A stretch of 64,000 nucleotides of DNA from the NCBI GenBank assembly GCA_963845185.1, contig CAWJRG010000010.1, forward strand, positions 256,001 to 320,000. Direction: 5' to 3'. Position numbers and translations under genes: made by a program. This stretch comes from an uncultured bacterium. GTDB lineage: Bacteria; Oederibacteriota; PGYV01; CAWJRG01. Of the stretch, positions 48,496 through 58,582 are shown piece after piece; position 1 is the stretch's first letter, and each line of letters starts with the position of its first letter. The notes below the pieces were generated by a model, which did not search any database, was not told the origin of the DNA, and worked only from the letters and a program-made list of their open reading frames with translations.

Positions 48496-49823
48496 AGACT
48501 CTCCCTCACTGCTTTTGCAAAAAGGTTCATCTCGTTTTCCGTGCGTTTCTCTGTAACCGCGACAATAAGGTAATTGTCTTTGTTGTCGTAAAAAAGCGAG
48601 GCAGGCAGGCCTGCGCTGAATCCTCGGCTCAACATTTTCTTGGTAAAATCCTCTGCCTTGACAGGCAGTTTTATCGTGAATTCGTTGAAAGTCTGGCCTG
48701 ATTTCACCTCGATATTTTTTATTTGCATAAGTTTTTCTTTCAGATATCCGGCTTTTTCAAGGTTTATCAACGCGAGGTTCCTGAATCCGTCTTTACCGAG
48801 CAGGGAAAGGTATACTGCTGCACGTAAAGCGCAAAGTGCCTGGTTTGAGCATATGTTTGAAGTGGCTTTTTCCCTGCGTATGTGCTGCTCCCTTGCCTGT
48901 AAAGTCAGGACAAAACATCTTTTGCCGTTTTTATCGACCGTTTCCCCTGCTATCCTGCCCGGCATTTTCCTTGCGAATTTTTTGTCTGCTGTCATTATAC
49001 CGAGGTACGGCCCTCCGAAAGAAAGCGGCATGCCGAGCGACTGACCGTCTGCCACTGCAATGTCTGCTTTCATTTCTCCTGGCTTTTTAAGCAAGCCAAG
49101 GGATATAGGATAAAAAACAAGTATATTAAGAGCGCCTTTTGACGTTGAGTATTCAAAAATATCACTGTAATCGTCAACCACTCCAAAAAAATTCGGGTTC
49201 TGCATTATTACGGCCGCAGTATTGTCGTCTATAAGCGAATTTATTTTTTTTCTGTCAGAGCTTATGTCGCTTAAATCAGCTTCGACTATCTCGACATCGA
49301 GGTTTATTGTGTATGTATATAGTATCCTTGTATATAAAGGGTTTACTCCCTTATCTATTACGACTTTGCTTTTATTTGTTATCCTTATTGCCATTGCCAT
49401 TGCCTCGTATAAGGCAGTGCCGCCGTCGTACAAGGAAGCGTTTGCCGCGCCTAACCCGGTCAGCCGCGCCATCATTGTCTGGTACTCGAATATCGCCTGT
49501 AATGTGCCCTGGGAAGCTTCCGGCTGGTAAGGCGTGTATGCAGTGTAAAACTCAGAGCGCGAAGATACGCTGTCAACCGCAGCAGGTATAAAATGGTCAT
49601 AATATCCCCCGCCTAAAAAATTCACGTAATCTATCCTGTTTTTATCAGCAAGCGTTTTAAAAACTTTCATTGTTTCATATTCAGTCATGCCTGCCGGGAT
49701 GTTGAATGATTTTGGGGAAAATTCTCCGGGTATGTCCTTAAATAAATCGGAAACAGACCCAATGCCTATGCCCGAAAGCATTTCCTTTACTTCTTTTTCA
49801 GTGTGAGGCGTGAATGTTGCCAT
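48492..49823 (-). CDS. gcvPA: Glycine dehydrogenase (decarboxylating) subunit 1
   Basis: EFYTAYTPYQPEASQG, NASLYDG, REQHIRREKATSNICSNQ. Confidence 0.96.
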   Translation of the reverse strand: MATFTPHTEKEVKEMLSGIGIGSVSDLFKDIPGEFSPKSFNIPAGMTEYETMKVFKTLADKNRIDYVNFLGGGYYDHFIPAAVDSVSSRSEFYTAYTPYQPEASQGTLQAIFEYQTMMARLTGLGAANASLYDGGTALYEAMAMAIRITNKSKVVIDKGVNPLYTRILYTYTINLDVEIVEADLSDISSDRKKINSLIDDNTAAVIMQNPNFFGVVDDYSDIFEYSTSKGALNILVFYPISLGLLKKPGEMKADIAVADGQSLGMPLSFGGPYLGIMTADKKFARKMPGRIAGETVDKNGKRCFVLTLQAREQHIRREKATSNICSNQALCALRAAVYLSLLGKDGFRNLALINLEKAGYLKEKLMQIKNIEVKSGQTFNEFTIKLPVKAEDFTKKMLSRGFSAGLPASLFYDNKDNYLIVAVTEKRTENEMNLFAKAVRESL

Positions 49824-49824
49824 T

Positions 49825-50211
49825 TTATTCAAGGCCTTCTATGTATTTTTTGTACGCCGTTGTATCCATCAGGTTCTTGGTTTCAGCCGCGTCCTTTACT
49901 TCAATCTCTGCTATCCATCCGGCTGTATAAGGTTCTTTGTTTATAAGCTCGGGTGTAGCGTCAAGGCCGCTGTTTATTGCCACAACCTTGCCGGATAAAG
50001 GCGAATAAACGTCGCTTGCCGCTTTGACCGACTCCACTCCTGTCAAAACCTCGGATTGTTTCACCTGCTTGCCTGTGGCCGGCAGCTCGACAAAAGTAAT
50101 ATCTCCTAATTTATGCTGGGCATAATCAGTAATGCCGATTTTTGCTTTTGCACCTTCTATTTTTGCCCATTCATGTTCCTTTGTGAAATAGTAATTGTCA
50201 GGTACGTTCAT
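49825..50211 (-). CDS. gcvH: Glycine cleavage system H protein
   Basis: HEWA, GITDYAQ, ESVKAASD (lipoyl Lys), PELIN. Confidence 0.97.
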   Translation of the reverse strand: MNVPDNYYFTKEHEWAKIEGAKAKIGITDYAQHKLGDITFVELPATGKQVKQSEVLTGVESVKAASDVYSPLSGKVVAINSGLDATPELINKEPYTAGWIAEIEVKDAAETKNLMDTTAYKKYIEGLE

Positions 50212-50221
50212 TTTAAGCCTC

Positions 50222-50390
50222 CTAGCAAGAGTTTATTTTGCAAACCGTCAACAGGTGCAGCAAAATATTACTCTTGCTAGCACCCGTTCAAGTCCGAGGC
50301 CGTCAGGCCGAGAGTTAAATAGTCCTGTGGACTATTTAACGGGTAGCTTCCATAAGTTGGTATAATATAAAACTACCCACAAGTGGTGCT
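50222..50390 (-). promoter_or_regulatory. Two-hairpin leader element, copy 4 (before gcvH), carrying a ~66-nt insertion
   Basis: AGCACCACTTGT[insert]CTCGGCC..GGCCTCGGACTTGAACGGGTG-CTAGCAAGAGTAATATTTTGC..GCAAAATAAACTCTTGCTAGGAGG. Confidence 0.75.
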
Positions 50391-50398
50391 GGATATAT

Positions 50399-51493
50399 TC
50401 ATTCGTTATTTTTTATTGAAGTATTCTTTATAAAAGGCGGCGCTGTCACGATTGCCTCAGCCGCGCCCCTTTCTAGTTCGATTGTCAATTTGCCAGCCTC
50501 CTGGGAATATTCCCTATCAACGTAGGCAAATGCTATTCCTTTATTAAGATGCGGCGAAAATACCCCGCTTGTAACAAATCCTTTTTCCCTGCCGTCCACC
50601 ATTATTTTGTTCAAGTGCCTCGGCGTCCTCCTGCCATCCACTGCCAGCCCCACAAGTTTTCTTTTTATGCCTGCTGATTTTTGTGCAAGTAACGCCTGCC
50701 TGCCTGTAAATTCTTTTTCAAAATCAAGGAACCTTTCCATGCCGGCGTCAAGCGGTGTGGTCTCTTCAGTTAACTCATCGCCGTATAAAGGATAGCCTGC
50801 CTCAAGCCTGAGAATGTCCCTTGCGCCAAGGCCAGCCGGTTTTACGTCAGGGTCTTTAAGCATGAGCCTCCACAAATCAATGCCCTTGCTTATATCCACG
50901 TAAACTTCAAACCCCAGCTCGCCCGTATACCCTGTCCTGCTTATTATGTACTTACCACCCAGCATGTCGAATAAATCAAAAGCATAATATTTAAGTTTTT
51001 TAATGTTGTCTCCTGCTATTTTTTTCATGGCAGACATTGCGAGCGGTCCCTGTAAATCAAGTTTGACCGTCCTTGCGGAAATATTCTCAAAAGAAGCGTT
51101 TTTCGAAAGCCCCTTGCTTATTATCTCCGCGTCCCGCTGCTCGTTTGAAGCATTTACTACTATCATCCACTCGTCGTCTTTTTTCCTGTAAATTATTAGA
51201 TCGTCTATTATCGTGCCGTTTGGATTCAGGAGGAATCCGTACCTGCATATATTATTTTTCATTTTAACTAACGGGTTTGTTATTATTTTATCGAGCGACG
51301 ATTTAGTAGGGTCTTCCTTTATCAGGAATTCACCCATGTGGCATATGTCGAATACTGAAGCTTTTGTCCGGGTATGTTTTGATTCTTCGATTATGCTTCC
51401 ATAGTGGATTGGCATGTTCCAGTCTGCAAAAGGAGCCATAAGTGCATTTAATTTTAAGTGTTCTTCGTAAAGTATTGTATTTTTATAGTCCAT
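50399..51493 (-). CDS. gcvT: Glycine cleavage system aminomethyltransferase T
   Basis: FDICHMGE, IIDD, SRTGYTGELGFE, GLGARDILRLEAG. Confidence 0.96.
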   Translation of the reverse strand: MDYKNTILYEEHLKLNALMAPFADWNMPIHYGSIIEESKHTRTKASVFDICHMGEFLIKEDPTKSSLDKIITNPLVKMKNNICRYGFLLNPNGTIIDDLIIYRKKDDEWMIVVNASNEQRDAEIISKGLSKNASFENISARTVKLDLQGPLAMSAMKKIAGDNIKKLKYYAFDLFDMLGGKYIISRTGYTGELGFEVYVDISKGIDLWRLMLKDPDVKPAGLGARDILRLEAGYPLYGDELTEETTPLDAGMERFLDFEKEFTGRQALLAQKSAGIKRKLVGLAVDGRRTPRHLNKIMVDGREKGFVTSGVFSPHLNKGIAFAYVDREYSQEAGKLTIELERGAAEAIVTAPPFIKNTSIKNNE

Positions 51494-51604
51494 TATTATT
51501 ATCCTTTAATTGTGGGAACAAACTTAATCTAATGATAAAATTTCGAATCATTTTATAATAAAATCATTGAATACGTCAAGGGCATATATTTTTTTGTAAT
51601 TACC

Positions 51605-52528
51605 CTACTCCGCAGGCTTTTTTGACCATATATTCGCCAGTATTGAACCTGTAACAATACACCATACAGCGAACAAAGCGTTCGGCAGGGCTGATTGCGG
51701 GCCCAAGTATTTCAAAGCCAGCACAGCTCCGAGTCCAGCGTTATGCATGCCGACTTCCAGCGTCAGCGTACGTCGCATCTTTTCCTTAAACCTATAAAGC
51801 ATTCCAGCGGCGTATCCAATCACAAGCCCGAAAAAATTATGCAGGAAAACTGCCACAAAAATAATTATGTTCGCCTGCTGTAAATATTCCCTGTTAAGCG
51901 CCACCACCAGGCCGCAGATAAAAGCTATAAAGAGTGTTGAAATGGCCGGGAAGACCGCTTTTATTTTTTCAACCTGCTTTTTCATAAAATGCTTTATGGT
52001 AAATCCGACTAAAAGCGGCAATATCACCATCTGGATTATGCTGAAAAACATGGGCCAGAATGCCATTTTTATGTATGTACTCCCGTAGAAAAGCACAAGG
52101 GCGGGCGTGACAAAAGGCGCGAAAAAAGTTGTTGTGCTTGTAATCGCTATTGAGTAAGCCACGTCTGCTCCAGCAAGGTATGAAATTATGTTTGACGCCA
52201 TTGCGCCAGGCGCCGAGCCTGCAAGTATCAGGCCTATGGCGAGGTTAGGAGGCAGCTTCAAAGTTTTTGCGAAGAACCACCCCAAAAACGACATTACCCC
52301 AAACTGCGTCAGCGTGCCGAGCAGAACCACAAAAGGATTTTTTAAAAGCGGCCTAAAATCTTCAGGCGACATGACAAAGCCTATGCCGAGCATGGCAAAC
52401 ATGAAGAAATAGTCAAGGTATGGCCTTAATATGATAAGCGACTTAGGGAAAAGATATCCCGCAAAGCACACAAGCAATACCCAAACAACGAGAAACTTCG
52501 TAAACCAGCTACAGATTTTGTTAAACAT
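51605..52528 (-). CDS. Bile acid:sodium symporter family protein
   Basis: GLILAGSAPGAMASN, LEVGMHNAGLG, multiple TM helices. Confidence 0.9.
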   Translation of the reverse strand: MFNKICSWFTKFLVVWVLLVCFAGYLFPKSLIILRPYLDYFFMFAMLGIGFVMSPEDFRPLLKNPFVVLLGTLTQFGVMSFLGWFFAKTLKLPPNLAIGLILAGSAPGAMASNIISYLAGADVAYSIAITSTTTFFAPFVTPALVLFYGSTYIKMAFWPMFFSIIQMVILPLLVGFTIKHFMKKQVEKIKAVFPAISTLFIAFICGLVVALNREYLQQANIIIFVAVFLHNFFGLVIGYAAGMLYRFKEKMRRTLTLEVGMHNAGLGAVLALKYLGPQSALPNALFAVWCIVTGSILANIWSKKPAE

Positions 52529-52702
52529 TCGCAACCTCTATATGCCGTATAAAAAATATTTTTATTTAATTGCACTTCATTTTTCATTATCAGCCAAGTC
52601 TGAAAAAAAAGCAAGTCCAGGTTTGCATTTTTCAAATTGCTATAAAACTTGATCCCAGCCTTTCTTTTTGGCTTTATTTAAAGAATTTCGAGCATATAAA
52701 AT

Positions 52703-52925
52703 AAAAAAGCCCTCCCGGCTAAGGAAGGGCTTTTTTTACCGCCGCCGTTTGTTAGGTGTGAGCCACTTTTTCAAATGGCAAATGATATAAGGGGGTATAT
52801 CAAAAGGTGTGAGGCGGCGGTAAATTGTAAAACAGTCCAGGTCTTTTATGCCTCATTAATTGTTTGATATTTTCTTCATCTTTAAGCTTTATCAAATAGC
52901 TGTTATTCTCTTACTTAACTTATGC
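52703..52925 (-). ncRNA. Candidate structured small RNA ending in an intrinsic terminator
   Basis: Promoter TTGACA-N17-TAAACT (52958-52930); 12-bp stem TTTACCGCCGCC/GGCGGCGGTAAA enclosing two hairpins; terminator AAGCCC..GGGCTTTTTT. Confidence 0.5.
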
Positions 52926-53194
52926 TGAAAGTTTACCATACGTTTTGTAATCTGTCAAGATATATTATAAAATATTTTCAATTAAAATATACAATAGATT
53001 TGCTGGTTTTTTTGTATGTTTTATTGTTATACGCATAATAATATGCAAAATAGGCTATAAGTTGTAAACAATTGAGCCATTAGGGACAATTATACCAACA
53101 ATTCATGATTAATATGAAACTCTTCGGTAATATCAAATGAGTCTTACATTGGACTGGTTTTATCGGACAGAAATGTTAAAATTGATATTTTAAA

Positions 53195-54916
53195 TTAGAA
53201 ACTTTTTTCTTCCTTTACTATTTGCACAATTTTATCAAACACTGTTGTCTTATCCATCAGTTCAAAATCCTTGTTCCTTCTCAGTTTTATTTCTACTTTC
53301 CCATCTTTGAAATTCTTTTCGCCAACTGTCACCCTTAACGGGAACCCTATCAAATCCGCGTCCTTGAATTTTGCGCCCGGGGATATGTCCCTGTCGTCTA
53401 TTATCACATCTATGCCTGCGCCCTTTAATTTCTCGTACAAGTCAAAAGAGTATTTTACGCCTTCTTCATATTTCATGTTTACAGGGGTTATTACAGCTTC
53501 ATACGGCGCTATTGCAAATGGCCATATTATCCCGTTTTCATCGTTATTCTGTTCGATCGCGGCAGCTACTATTCTGGTGATGCCTATGCCGTAACAGCCC
53601 ATTATAAATTCCTTTGGTTTTCCATCTTCATCAAGGAAAGTTGCCTTCATTGATTTGCTATATTTCGTGCCCAGGTAAAACACATGCCCGATCTCTATTC
53701 CCTTTTGTTCCGATAAAACACCGTTGCATTTCGGGCATCCGTCGCCTTTCTGTACTCTTATAATATCTGCTGTCATGTCCTCTTTAAAATCCCTGTTGCG
53801 GTTCACGCCAATATAATGATACTCATGTTCGTTACCGCCGCACACAATGTTTTTCATGGCTGCCACTGTGGTATCAATTATCAGCGTAATGCCTTTTTGC
53901 TTGATGTTTACCGGCCCTGCAAATCCTACAGGTGCGCCTGTTTGCGAAGTAATTTCTTCGGGCGTCGCAAGCCTTAACTCGGAAGCATTAAGCGCATTTT
54001 TTAATTTTATCTCGTTTATTTCCCTGTCGCCCCTCATCATTGCGGCAACCATTTTCCCGTCTGCAATATACAATATTGTCTTTGCGGTGTCCTCCGGCTT
54101 TTTATTAAGGAACCCTGCCAGTTCTTCAACTGTCCTGATGTTCGGGGTATGCACCTTTTCCATCTTTTCTTCAGGCGCGTCCCCGCCCTTATTTTCAATC
54201 TTTCCTGTTGCTTTTTCAACGTTTGCCGCGTAATCGCACTTTACGCAGTATACTATTGTCTCCTCGCCGGTATCGGCCAAAACCATAAATTCCGCAGAAG
54301 ATGTGCCGCCTATTGCTCCCGGATCAGCCTCGACCGGCCGGTACTTGAAGCCTATCCTCTTGCAGATTTTGTCGTAAGTTTCATACATTTTTTTGTAAGC
54401 AATAAGCGCGTTTGGTTCGTCACGGTCAAAAGAATAGGCGTCTTTCATTATAAATTCGCGTGCCCTCATGACGCCGAAGCGTGGCCTTATCTCGTCGCGG
54501 AATTTTACCTGAATCTGATACAGGTTTATTGGAAGCTGCTTATAGGAACTTACCTGCCTGCGTATTATGTCGGTGATTACTTCCTCATGCGTTGGGCCCA
54601 GAGCCCATTCCTTGTCATGCCTGTCTTTTAGCCGCATCATCTCGCTGCCGTAAAGGTTCCAGCGCCCGGTTTCCTGCCAAAGCTCCGATGGCGAGAGTAT
54701 CGGCATCAGGATTTCCTGCGCTCCTGCTTCATTCATTTCCTCCCTTATTATATTAATCACTTTCATTGTGGACTTCCAGCCTAAAGGAAGCAGGTCGTAA
54801 ATACCTGCACCGATTTTAATTATCAACCCTGCCCTGAGCATAAGCTTATGGCTTATAGTTTCAGCCTCTTTCGGTGTTTCCCTTATGGTATTGATAAACG
54901 CCTTTGTCCATCTCAT
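53195..54916 (-). CDS. proS: Proline--tRNA ligase (bacterial type with editing domain)
   Basis: LGPTHEE, KFRDEIRPRFGVMRAREF, IEIGHVF.LGTKYS, MGCYGIG. Confidence 0.97.
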   Translation of the reverse strand: MRWTKAFINTIRETPKEAETISHKLMLRAGLIIKIGAGIYDLLPLGWKSTMKVINIIREEMNEAGAQEILMPILSPSELWQETGRWNLYGSEMMRLKDRHDKEWALGPTHEEVITDIIRRQVSSYKQLPINLYQIQVKFRDEIRPRFGVMRAREFIMKDAYSFDRDEPNALIAYKKMYETYDKICKRIGFKYRPVEADPGAIGGTSSAEFMVLADTGEETIVYCVKCDYAANVEKATGKIENKGGDAPEEKMEKVHTPNIRTVEELAGFLNKKPEDTAKTILYIADGKMVAAMMRGDREINEIKLKNALNASELRLATPEEITSQTGAPVGFAGPVNIKQKGITLIIDTTVAAMKNIVCGGNEHEYHYIGVNRNRDFKEDMTADIIRVQKGDGCPKCNGVLSEQKGIEIGHVFYLGTKYSKSMKATFLDEDGKPKEFIMGCYGIGITRIVAAAIEQNNDENGIIWPFAIAPYEAVITPVNMKYEEGVKYSFDLYEKLKGAGIDVIIDDRDISPGAKFKDADLIGFPLRVTVGEKNFKDGKVEIKLRRNKDFELMDKTTVFDKIVQIVKEEKSF

Positions 54917-54966
54917 ATAATTTCCTCCTGGCATCTGTATTATATATTCATCTTCTGTTATAACTT

Positions 54967-55251
54967 TTAAGTTCCGGGAGGGAACATTAAATCCATGTCC
55001 CGCTTGACTCTTTCAGCTTTTTGTTCTTCGCCTTTATTTATGTATATTTGCTTTACGTGTTCGTATAATTCTTTGGCCTTCATTTTATCGCCAATTTCAT
55101 AATACGATTTTGCAAGCGGCTCAACTATATAAGGGTCTTCCGGAAATTCTTTTCTCAAATTTTCATATTCGCTGATTGCTTTTACCCAATTTTTTGTGCT
55201 TGTGTAAACCCTCGCGCACCGCACCAGCACTAGCTTTGTCTTGTCGTCCAA
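54967..55251 (-). CDS. Small TPR-like protein
   Basis: KAISEYENL..FPEDP..LAKSYYEIGDKMKAKELYE; in-operon position. Confidence 0.7.
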   Translation of the reverse strand: MDDKTKLVLVRCARVYTSTKNWVKAISEYENLRKEFPEDPYIVEPLAKSYYEIGDKMKAKELYEHVKQIYINKGEEQKAERVKRDMDLMFPPGT

Positions 55252-55257
55252 AAATAT

Positions 55258-56331
55258 TCATCCCTTTCCATTTAAAAATCTTCCCAGTTCCATTTCAAAC
55301 TCCCGCAGCAAATTTTTTTTGCTTACCTTTTTTATTATAATGCCTTTTTTAAATATAACGCCTATTCCCCTGCCTCCAGCAATACCGATGTCAGCTTCTT
55401 TTGCCTCTCCCGGGCCGTTCACGCTGCAGCCCATTACCGCTATTTTTAAAGGTTTATCCAGTTTCATGGTTATTCTTTCGACCTTATGCGCAAGTTTTAT
55501 TACATCTATTTCTGTCCTCGCGCATGTAGGGCATGATATTATATCAACCCCTCTTTTGCGGAGATTAAGGTTATCAAGTATCCTGTAGGCAACATAAACT
55601 TCTTTTTCAGGAGCTGCCGTCAAAGAAACCCTTATGGTATCGCCAAGCCCTTCGTTGAGCAAAATGCCCAGCCCCATTGACGACTTTATTAGCCCGCCAA
55701 GCTCGGTGCCTGCCTCCGTGATGCCTATGTGCAGGGGGTAATCCCTGTATTCCGAGAATAATTCATATGCCGCAACTGTTGTAATTACATCCGATGCTTT
55801 AAGCGATATGACTATGTCAAAAAACTTTTGTTTCTCAAAAAAACCGATATATTCAAGCAGTGATGCCACCATTTTATTCGCTTTAATGTTTCCGCTTTTT
55901 TTGCCCGGCAGACGGCCGGCGGTTTCCTTCAGCGAGCCTGAATTAACGCCTATTCTTATCGGGATTTTTCTTTTCTTGGCTTCTTGTATTATTGCCTTTA
56001 CTTTTTCTTCCGACCCTATATTTCCCGGGTTTATCCTTATTTTATCAGCGCCAGCCCTGACAGATTCAATGGCAAGCCTGTAATCATAATGAATGTCTGC
56101 AACAAGCGGTATTTTAATCTTTCTTTTTATTTCGCCAATGGCTTTTGCGGAGTCCATATCAGGTACCCCTACCCTGATAATTTCGCATCCCACGGCTTCC
56201 AGTCCTTTAATCTGCCCTATTGTTGCCTTTACATTCTTGGTCCTTGTACTTGTCATGGACTGCACCCGTATGGGATTGCCTCCGCCTATGATTAAATTGC
56301 CTATTTTAACTTTTCTGGTTGCCACGTTCAT
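55258..56331 (-). CDS. ispG: (E)-4-hydroxy-3-methylbut-2-enyl-diphosphate synthase
   Basis: VQSMT, VADIHYD, RINPGNIG, HIGITEAG, SCPTCAR, MGCSVNGPGE. Confidence 0.97.
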   Translation of the reverse strand: MNVATRKVKIGNLIIGGGNPIRVQSMTSTRTKNVKATIGQIKGLEAVGCEIIRVGVPDMDSAKAIGEIKRKIKIPLVADIHYDYRLAIESVRAGADKIRINPGNIGSEEKVKAIIQEAKKRKIPIRIGVNSGSLKETAGRLPGKKSGNIKANKMVASLLEYIGFFEKQKFFDIVISLKASDVITTVAAYELFSEYRDYPLHIGITEAGTELGGLIKSSMGLGILLNEGLGDTIRVSLTAAPEKEVYVAYRILDNLNLRKRGVDIISCPTCARTEIDVIKLAHKVERITMKLDKPLKIAVMGCSVNGPGEAKEADIGIAGGRGIGVIFKKGIIIKKVSKKNLLREFEMELGRFLNGKG

Positions 56332-57389
56332 CCGCCTTTGATTATCCTCATAATGTCGTTATATGTGACAAAAATAATCAGGGTTATTATAAGCGCCCAT
56401 CCGAACTGCGCGAGCGCCTCCTGGACCTTCAGGCTCATTCTTTTTTTTGTAATAAACTCTATGAGAAAAATAAATACAAGGCCTCCGTCAAACGGAATAA
56501 TGGGAAGCAGGTTAAACAAAGCCAGGTTAATATTTATAATTGCGATAAGCATTAAAAGATTTAAAATCCCTGTTTTCGCGACTTTCCATGTAATCTGCGC
56601 AACGCCTATTGGCCCTGCAATATCCGGAGCAATTTTTCTTGTTATCATTTTATAAACGCCCTTGACTGTTAAAACCGTAAAAAACCAGGTTTGCTGGATT
56701 GCCCGGTTGCCGGCATCAATAATTCCTATTTTTTCCACTATAACATCCTGCTCGGACGGCATTATACCGATAAATGCCCTGTCTTTTTTGTCTTTTATCA
56801 CGTCTTCCACTTCTTCAATCTTCGGTGTTATTTTGAAATTCATGGTCTTGCCCGTCCTTTTTATAGTAATTAGAAGCGGGGCTCCTGTGCTTTTTGTTAT
56901 TGCGTCTGTCAATTCGTCCCAGTATTTGATTTTATTGCCGTTTACTTCAATTATCTCGTCTCCCTTTTTCAGCCCTGAAGTTTCCGCAGGGTATCCTTTT
57001 TTTAATTCACCTACAACAGGCTTTAAATTCGGTATTCCCGAAATAAAAACAATCCACATTAAAATTATCGCAAGCAAATAATTCTGGACCACTCCGGCAC
57101 AGCCAACGGCTATTTTCTTATAGGCAGGTTGGTTTAAAAAAGCACCTTCCCCGACTTTCTCAGCTTCTTCAGGCAGTTCGCCGGCAAGCTTGACATACCC
57201 GCCCAAAAACACAAGCAGGGATATGATATATTCGGTCTCATTGCGCTTAAATCCGAAAATTTTCGGGCCCCACCCTATTGAAAAGCTCTCAACTTTGATT
57301 CCCAGCCTTTTTGCCACAACAAAATGCCCAAACTCGTGAACGAATATGGTTAAACCGAGGGTTATTATTATATAAATTATTTCAAGCAT
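56328..57389 (-). CDS. rseP: RIP metalloprotease RseP (M50 plus PDZ)
   Basis: HEFGH, GGYVK, PDZ domain, NLLPIIPFDGG. Confidence 0.95.
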   Translation of the reverse strand: MLEIIYIIITLGLTIFVHEFGHFVVAKRLGIKVESFSIGWGPKIFGFKRNETEYIISLLVFLGGYVKLAGELPEEAEKVGEGAFLNQPAYKKIAVGCAGVVQNYLLAIILMWIVFISGIPNLKPVVGELKKGYPAETSGLKKGDEIIEVNGNKIKYWDELTDAITKSTGAPLLITIKRTGKTMNFKITPKIEEVEDVIKDKKDRAFIGIMPSEQDVIVEKIGIIDAGNRAIQQTWFFTVLTVKGVYKMITRKIAPDIAGPIGVAQITWKVAKTGILNLLMLIAIININLALFNLLPIIPFDGGLVFIFLIEFITKKRMSLKVQEALAQFGWALIITLIIFVTYNDIMRIIKGG

Positions 57390-58530
57390 TTATTATGTCC
57401 TCCGTAAATTTTCTCGTTATTTTGTCAGCCGCCATTATATCATTTAAACTCGCATTTTTAACAGTTTTGTGCATTTTCATAGCTTTCTCTATATAATAAG
57501 GTATTTTATCAAAGGAAATCCTTTCTGCCAGAAAATTTTTCACTGCAACTTCGTTTGCCGCGTTCATGCACGCGGGCATTGTGCCTCCTGTTTTTCCAGC
57601 GCGAATAGCAAGGCCGAACGCCCTGAACTTCTTTAAATCAACAGGATGGAATTCAAGTTTTTTCAGCTCAGTTAACTTTAGCGGCTTGATGACGCCGTGT
57701 TTTCTTTCCGGGTAAGTGAGGGCATACATAATCGGCAAACGCATATCCGGGTTTGACATCTGCGCTATCACCGAACCGTCTATGTATTCAACCATTGAAT
57801 GTATTATGCTTTGCGGGTGGATTACAACATTGATTTTTTCATACGGTATGTTAAAAAGATAATGCGCTTCTATTACTTCGAGGCCTTTGTTCATGAGAGT
57901 GCCGGAATCTATGGTTATCTTTCTTCCCATTTTCCATGTCGGGTGGATAAGGGCCTGTTTAACCGTGACTTTTTTTAGCTGTTCCGCAGGATAATTTATA
58001 AATGCCCCGCCCGAGGCTGTGATAATAAGCCTTTTCACCTGTTCTATCTTATTCCCCTGCAGGCACTGGAATATGGCGCTGTGCTCGCTGTCAATCGGTA
58101 TTATTTCAGCTCCGTACTTTTTTAATGCAGATTTTATGATATCTCCTGCTATAATCAGTGACTCTTTGTTGGCGAGCGCGATTTTTTTGCCTGCCTTTAT
58201 CGCTGCCATGAGCGGCGTTATTCCTGCCGCGCCGACAACGCTTATAAGCACTATATCAGCTTCTTTCAGTGAAGATATTTCAGCGAACCCCTGAAAACCG
58301 GTCAATACTTTTGTCCTGTCACAGGCATTCTTAAGCTCTTTTTCTTTTGTTTTATCAAGTATCGCCACGTATTTTGGACAATACTTTTTCATTTGTTTTT
58401 TCAGTTCTCTGGCATTATCATTCGCGGAAATTGCCAGGACTTTGTAATCTTTAAGTACCTTGTCAAAAAGGTTAAGTGCTGATTTGCCTATGGATCCCGT
58501 GGAGCCTATTATGACCACTTTTTTTGCCAT
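57382..58530 (-). CDS. dxr: 1-deoxy-D-xylulose-5-phosphate reductoisomerase
   Basis: IGSTGSIG, LANKES, PIDSEHSAIFQ, MNKGLE. True start is MAKKVV at 58530; the longer ORF reads through a repeat. Confidence 0.97.
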   Translation of the reverse strand: MAKKVVIIGSTGSIGKSALNLFDKVLKDYKVLAISANDNARELKKQMKKYCPKYVAILDKTKEKELKNACDRTKVLTGFQGFAEISSLKEADIVLISVVGAAGITPLMAAIKAGKKIALANKESLIIAGDIIKSALKKYGAEIIPIDSEHSAIFQCLQGNKIEQVKRLIITASGGAFINYPAEQLKKVTVKQALIHPTWKMGRKITIDSGTLMNKGLEVIEAHYLFNIPYEKINVVIHPQSIIHSMVEYIDGSVIAQMSNPDMRLPIMYALTYPERKHGVIKPLKLTELKKLEFHPVDLKKFRAFGLAIRAGKTGGTMPACMNAANEVAVKNFLAERISFDKIPYYIEKAMKMHKTVKNASLNDIMAADKITRKFTEDIINA

Positions 58531-58582
58531 TGTTTCCCTCGTAAATACTGAATTACCTCCGGCTTTGTTGGAGGGTTTAAAA

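Noticed and set aside
50281..50300. GTTCAAGTCC resembling a tRNA T-arm
   Set aside because: No cloverleaf or acceptor stem; it is part of the four-copy leader element, where other copies read GCTCAAGTCC or GCTCCAGTCC.
51494..51604. Expected glycine riboswitch upstream of gcvT
   Set aside because: The gap is short and AT-rich, with no GGAGA/CCGAAG/CUCUCAGG aptamer motifs.
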